Positions 52,253-56,613 of a DNA stretch of 56,613 nt are shown one piece after another. Under the pieces are notes generated by a model. That model did not search any database. It had not been told where the DNA came from and worked only from the letters and a program-made list of their open reading frames with translations. The DNA is taken from the IMG/VR virus record IMGVR_UViG_3300037439_000258, positions 1-56,613 of that record; one strand, 5' to 3'. Position 1 is the first letter of the stretch, and each line of letters starts with the position of its first letter. The position numbers were made by a program, and so were the translations under genes. The stretch comes from a virus. Lineage: Duplodnaviria > Caudoviricetes.

Positions 52253-54325
52253 TTACGAGGCCTGGCTGCCGTAGTCGGCGTCGTCGATGTACTGCACTGC
52301 CGATGCCCGGCGCTTGGCGAAGTTCATCGAACGCACCACCTTGATGGCGGTCGACTCAGCCTGAAACATGCTGGTCGGGAAGTTCGTCTGCGCCACCGGC
52401 GTGTCGGTCGCACCAGTCGGATCGTCCGCCTGCTCGATCGTCGCCTCGCGTGACAGCGAAACTTCGACCCCGCCATCGCCGATCTTGTAGATGTCGCTCG
52501 GCTTGAGCAGGATCAGGTGCGCTGCGTTCACGTTGTCGCCCACTACGATGCCGTCGCCTTCCAGCGTGCCACCACCGCTGATCACGCCGTCGAATTCCCG
52601 CTGGCCCAATGCGTTGCGCATCAGCTGGATGTTCTTCGCGAGCGAAGGGTTCATGACGAACACCAGGCCCGTGGCATTCTTGGCGGTGATGAATGGCGCG
52701 TACAGTTTCGCGATGTCCGCCCGGATCGACTCGGCATCGCTGCCGGACGAACTGTGCGCGGAGACCAGTCGCAGGATGCCCGCTGGCGATGAACCGGCGA
52801 CCGCTGCCGTGTCCGACAGGAACGTGCTGTCGATCCGCTGAGCAGCGGCTTCCACCAGCGCATCCCGAACCAGCATTTCCGCCGCCGGCGTCGAGTCGCG
52901 CATCAACTCGTTCGACACGACCGAGATCGCGCCCACCTTGAGCGGCGTCAGGGTCACGTTGAAGAAGTCGGGCTTGGACACGGGAATCGGTTTGGATTCG
53001 CCGACCCAGTAGCCGGTCGCCGCACCGTCTGCACCTTTGATGGTGACATGGGCCGGAATCTCGCGCAGGGCGAGTTGGTTGAACACGGTGCGCGAGTTCA
53101 GGTATTCGATGAAGTCGCCCATGTAGCGGCCATCGGCCGTCACCAGTTCCGCACCCCACTCGCCCGATCCGCTGCCACCGCCGGCAACGCCAGCACGGAT
53201 GACCTGGACCAGCGTCGGCGCCGACTTGCCCCAACGAGCCTCGGCAACCTGCGCCGGGGTGAGTTCGCCCTGTGACAGATAGGCCAGGGCCTTGGCGATC
53301 ACCCGGCGGGTGAAGTTCTGACCTTTGAACTTCTCGTCCTGGTCGCCGCTGCGAACCAGAATGGTCGGCCCGCGGGGGGTGGTGTTCGCCCCTTGCGTCT
53401 GGTTGTGCCCCTGGACCGCCACCGAGCGTTCCACGTGGAGCTTTTCGACCGCGCGCAGGCGAACGAGGTCCGTTTCGATGCGCGTGACCTCGGACTGCAG
53501 GGCGTCGAACTCCCTGCCCTCTTCCTCGTCGGTCTCGCGGCCTTCGTCACCGTGCGACTTCGACATGATTTCGCTCATGCGGGCGGCGTGGGCGGAGCGC
53601 TTGGCTTCCGCAGCAGCGATTTGCTCTTGAATCGTCTTCACTTTGCTTCCTTGTTTCGGGTCAATGGATGTGCCGCGAACTGCGGCCGTTGATCCCGGAA
53701 CACCGGGCGAGGGACGGGTCGGTTCGGCCTCGCGGCTCTGCTCGCGGCCGGACACGGCCCGCAGAAATGCCTGGTCAACCGACCGGATGGATTTGATGAG
53801 TTCGGCGCGCGCGGCGTCGTCTGGCGATGTACCGAGCAGTGCATGCACTTGCTGCGCGTCCAGAGACTTGAAGCTCTGGATTACCGCGTCAGGGTTAGCT
53901 GGGACTGAAACCAAGCTGAGCTCAAGCCATTCCCAACCGGTGAACCTGAGTCCGCCGCTCTTCAGCAGTTCGATGCCGTCTTCCAGCGGCCGGAAGCCGA
54001 TGCTGACGGCACCGACGAGCTTGTACTTGAGGCTGTGCCACGCCTCATTGACCCGGTCCTGGACGGTCCCTGCCTCGACAACATTGGGTAGGCTCGCCGT
54101 GAACGGGATGCCTTCCTTTGTCGCCTTCGCGAAGTCGACGGTTCCGACCGGCTTGTCGCTCTTGTGATAGAGCAGCAGCGGCATCGGCGTCTTGAAGCGA
54201 GCCCCGGTGGGAACCACCTCGTCGCCCATGCGATCAGCAGTTGGCGTAGTCGCGATGCCAGTGATGACGCGGCGGTTGTCGTCGACTGTCTTCACCGACA
54301 ACAGGCTGAAAGCGCGTTGAAGCAT
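52253..54325 (-). CDS. prohead protease-major capsid fusion (HK97 fold)
   Basis: DRMGD.V, LL.H, SIGF, ELSLV.VPAN, followed by capsid motifs WVGE....P, L.P.K and SMFQ. Confidence 0.95.
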   Translation of the reverse strand: MLQRAFSLLSVKTVDDNRRVITGIATTPTADRMGDEVVPTGARFKTPMPLLLYHKSDKPVGTVDFAKATKEGIPFTASLPNVVEAGTVQDRVNEAWHSLKYKLVGAVSIGFRPLEDGIELLKSGGLRFTGWEWLELSLVSVPANPDAVIQSFKSLDAQQVHALLGTSPDDAARAELIKSIRSVDQAFLRAVSGREQSREAEPTRPSPGVPGSTAAVRGTSIDPKQGSKVKTIQEQIAAAEAKRSAHAARMSEIMSKSHGDEGRETDEEEGREFDALQSEVTRIETDLVRLRAVEKLHVERSVAVQGHNQTQGANTTPRGPTILVRSGDQDEKFKGQNFTRRVIAKALAYLSQGELTPAQVAEARWGKSAPTLVQVIRAGVAGGGSGSGEWGAELVTADGRYMGDFIEYLNSRTVFNQLALREIPAHVTIKGADGAATGYWVGESKPIPVSKPDFFNVTLTPLKVGAISVVSNELMRDSTPAAEMLVRDALVEAAAQRIDSTFLSDTAAVAGSSPAGILRLVSAHSSSGSDAESIRADIAKLYAPFITAKNATGLVFVMNPSLAKNIQLMRNALGQREFDGVISGGGTLEGDGIVVGDNVNAAHLILLKPSDIYKIGDGGVEVSLSREATIEQADDPTGATDTPVAQTNFPTSMFQAESTAIKVVRSMNFAKRRASAVQYIDDADYGSQAS

Positions 54326-54342
54326 ATTGGCGTCCAAAAATG

Positions 54343-54366
54343 AAAAACCCGCCGGAGGGGCGGGTT
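54343..54366 (-). terminator. intrinsic terminator-like hairpin after terL
   Basis: AACCCGCC-loop-GGCGGGTT plus a T run on the minus strand. Confidence 0.7.
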
Positions 54367-54414
54367 CGATTGGGGAGGCTGAAAGGGCCTCGGTTGTGGT
54401 ATTGCAGCGTGACG

Positions 54415-56172
54415 TCAGAGGATCATGACTTGGTACTGTGGCGGTCGCTTCTTCTCGGCATTGCGGATCGTCGATATCGCCATCGCGCCAGCAACGATGC
54501 CGTCAATCCGGCCAGTTGCCTTCGACTTGTCGAACTTGCGGTTACCTGCCGGGTCGCTGACCACCACGGTATTAGCCGCGTTCCAGTTCATGCACTTGTT
54601 GTCCGGGTGGCGCAGATGGTCGTCGACCACAACGGTCTCGATCACGTCCACCGCCGGGCCCATCGATACGAAACCCTGTCCGAACGGCTCGAGCGGCCAA
54701 GTGACCCCCTCGCGGTCGCACGCTGCCTTCAGCACATCGATCCGGTGCCGATCGAACGGCGCTTTCTTCAGCGTGATGCCGAGCGGCCCGATCGCGCGCT
54801 CAACATCGGCAACGACGAAGTCCTTGTCGATCGCGTTCCCGGGTGTCGTCCGGACGTATCCGCTCTTGATCCACTGGTCGTACGGCACCCCGTCGCGCTT
54901 CACGCGTTCGGCCAGTCCCTCTTTCGGGATCCAGAACATTGGCCACAACCATATCTCCTGACCGATTTCGAATGCCAGCACGATCGCCGTCAGGTCGGTT
55001 GTCGCTGACAGATCGATGCCCGCCACTGCTTCCATGCCACGAAACTTTTCGAGCGTGTACGACCGTTTGGCCGCCATCCACTTGTCGTGTGGCAGCAATG
55101 GGTTATGTGCCTCGACCCACTCGCAGAAGTTGAGCCGCCGTACCAATGCCGCCTTGCTGGGCATCCCCTCGGCCGACTTCACTTCGTCGCGAAGGTATTG
55201 ATGCGTGATAACGGTTCCGAGCAGAGGGTTGGTCTTGATCCAGCACGACTCGTCCTTGAACGGATCCTCGCCCTCGTCGGCAGCACAGATATACGGGAAG
55301 AACGTGTCGTCGTCCTTGATGCCGGCGGCGACCTCGACGCCCTTCTGGCGGTACTCCCAGCAGATCGATCTGCGGTCCGTTCCGCTGTTTGTGATCGCCA
55401 CGATCAGCGGTTGCCGGCGCCACTTCCGACCGGCAGCCATCATGTTGATGACCTCCCCGGTCTTGTGCTCGTGCAACTCGTCGACCAGCCCGATGTGCGG
55501 TCGCGGGCCAGATTGCCCCTCGTCGGCCGCAATTGGCCGGAAGAAACTGTTCGTGCCATCGTCGAAAAGGTTCCAGACGTGGTCGCCGCGTCCTGACGGT
55601 TTGAGCCGCCGTTTCAGCGCGGGCGACTGCTCAACCATGGCCACCGCGTCACGGAACAGGATCATAGCTTGGTCGCGCTTCGTCGCCGCCGCGTAGACCT
55701 CTGCCCGCGCCTCGCCGTCTGCTACCAGCCCCAGCAGGCCGATGCCGGCCACCATGGGGCTCTTTCCGTTGCCCTTGCCCTCCTCGATGTACGCCAGCCG
55801 GAATCGGCGCGTACCGTCGAACCGGAGCCAGCCCCACAGGCTGCCGACGATGAACTGCTGCGACGGGTCGAGGTAGAACGGGATCCCCTCGAACTGCCCG
55901 CCGTTCAGCCGTAGCACCGTCGGAAAGAACGTGATCGCGTAGTCGGCCCGGTCCCGGTCGAACATCAGGCCGCGCTCACGCCCGTCGATCAGGTCCCGCA
56001 GGTGCCGCCGGCACTGCGCTCGCACATGCGGTCCTGCGACGGTCCGCCCGTCTACGACATCCTGTGCGTACCGGGTGACCGGGTCGTCAGTTGAGGCCGT
56101 AACGGCCGAGAGGGTCGGTACCGGCGTCGCCCTGCGGCGGCTTAAACGCGGAGACCTTGGCTCGACTTGCAT
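54415..56172 (-). CDS. terL: terminase large subunit
   Basis: GKGNGKS, VDELH, GIDLS...DLT, RIDG. Confidence 0.97.
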   Translation of the reverse strand: MQVEPRSPRLSRRRATPVPTLSAVTASTDDPVTRYAQDVVDGRTVAGPHVRAQCRRHLRDLIDGRERGLMFDRDRADYAITFFPTVLRLNGGQFEGIPFYLDPSQQFIVGSLWGWLRFDGTRRFRLAYIEEGKGNGKSPMVAGIGLLGLVADGEARAEVYAAATKRDQAMILFRDAVAMVEQSPALKRRLKPSGRGDHVWNLFDDGTNSFFRPIAADEGQSGPRPHIGLVDELHEHKTGEVINMMAAGRKWRRQPLIVAITNSGTDRRSICWEYRQKGVEVAAGIKDDDTFFPYICAADEGEDPFKDESCWIKTNPLLGTVITHQYLRDEVKSAEGMPSKAALVRRLNFCEWVEAHNPLLPHDKWMAAKRSYTLEKFRGMEAVAGIDLSATTDLTAIVLAFEIGQEIWLWPMFWIPKEGLAERVKRDGVPYDQWIKSGYVRTTPGNAIDKDFVVADVERAIGPLGITLKKAPFDRHRIDVLKAACDREGVTWPLEPFGQGFVSMGPAVDVIETVVVDDHLRHPDNKCMNWNAANTVVVSDPAGNRKFDKSKATGRIDGIVAGAMAISTIRNAEKKRPPQYQVMIL

Positions 56173-56563
56173 CCGTCAATCCGAACTCAATCAACCACGC
56201 CCGAAGTCGCTTGTCGCAGTCCGAGAAGATTCGGACCGCTGGGCGCAACCGCTCCATTTCCCCGGTCTTTTCCGATTTCGTGGTGTGAAATCGACCGTTC
56301 TTTGCAATGTCCTCACGGAGCTCCGTCCACTCGGCATAGACCTGGCATAGAGCGATCAGGGAGACCTCGGAGTCCTGGGTCAGTTGCCCCCGGGAAAACA
56401 GGAGGTGAGACACCCGTTCCCAGCACTCCAAGGCGGGTCCTGCCATCCATTTCGGCGGCTTCGGGTGCCCTTCAACACGGGGTGGGACCGATTCCGGCAG
56501 GGGTCTTCTTGACGTGTTCCCTTTCCCAATGCGTTTTTCCAACGGGTCCGGCCTTTTCGACAT
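56087..56563 (-). CDS. terS: terminase small subunit (P27 family)
   Basis: GN...R.L, PPKW, EFGLT.ASR; upstream of terL. Confidence 0.9.
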   Translation of the reverse strand: MSKRPDPLEKRIGKGNTSRRPLPESVPPRVEGHPKPPKWMAGPALECWERVSHLLFSRGQLTQDSEVSLIALCQVYAEWTELREDIAKNGRFHTTKSEKTGEMERLRPAVRIFSDCDKRLRAWLIEFGLTDASRAKVSAFKPPQGDAGTDPLGRYGLN

Positions 56564-56613
56564 TTACCGGGCTCCACCTTTCATTTTTCGATTGACGACT
56601 TTGCGAGCGAATG

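Noticed and set aside
56564-56613. cos site upstream of terS
   Set aside because: Plausible position for this terminase type, but only 50 nt are visible and no diagnostic motif could be identified

Overview
The whole window is a temperate, long-tailed (siphovirus-type) phage genome. It appears to be in its excised form, because an attP site (tRNA-Ser 3' end plus arm repeats) sits between the integrase and the lysis genes. The gene families suggest a GC-rich betaproteobacterial host, which is an inference. Layout: 1-5811 (- strand) is the cro-side early operon: Cro, CII-like, PAPS-reductase-like, TcmP-like, HNH and a DUF5131 radical SAM gene that runs off the left edge. Replication and Q-like genes are not in the window. 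5818-6578 is the immunity region, with a peptidase-less CI-like repressor and five TAGCG-N3-CGCTA operators. 6605-21635 (+) is the other early operon: exonuclease and recombination genes, two HNH paralogs, a Tad1 anti-defence sponge, Lar-like, a HerA-like ATPase, a TnpB remnant, Xis and Int. 22359-56563 (-) is the late operon: terminase, protease-capsid fusion, portal, connectors, tail tube, tape measure, GTA-type tail tip and a two-endolysin lysis cassette. The strongest candidate for an undescribed system is about nine glycosyltransferase-like, methyltransferase and 2OG-oxygenase genes, including two Maf/sialyltransferase-like paralogs, interleaved with head-tail and tail genes. Ser-Pro-rich segments in several virion proteins accompany them, suggesting a virion glycosylation pathway. 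Other notable items are a stand-alone 64-aa copy of the release factor 2 C-terminus, three dispersed paralogs of an unnamed domain, and a duplicated antisense promoter/hairpin cassette. All family calls come from motif recognition by eye; no searches were run.
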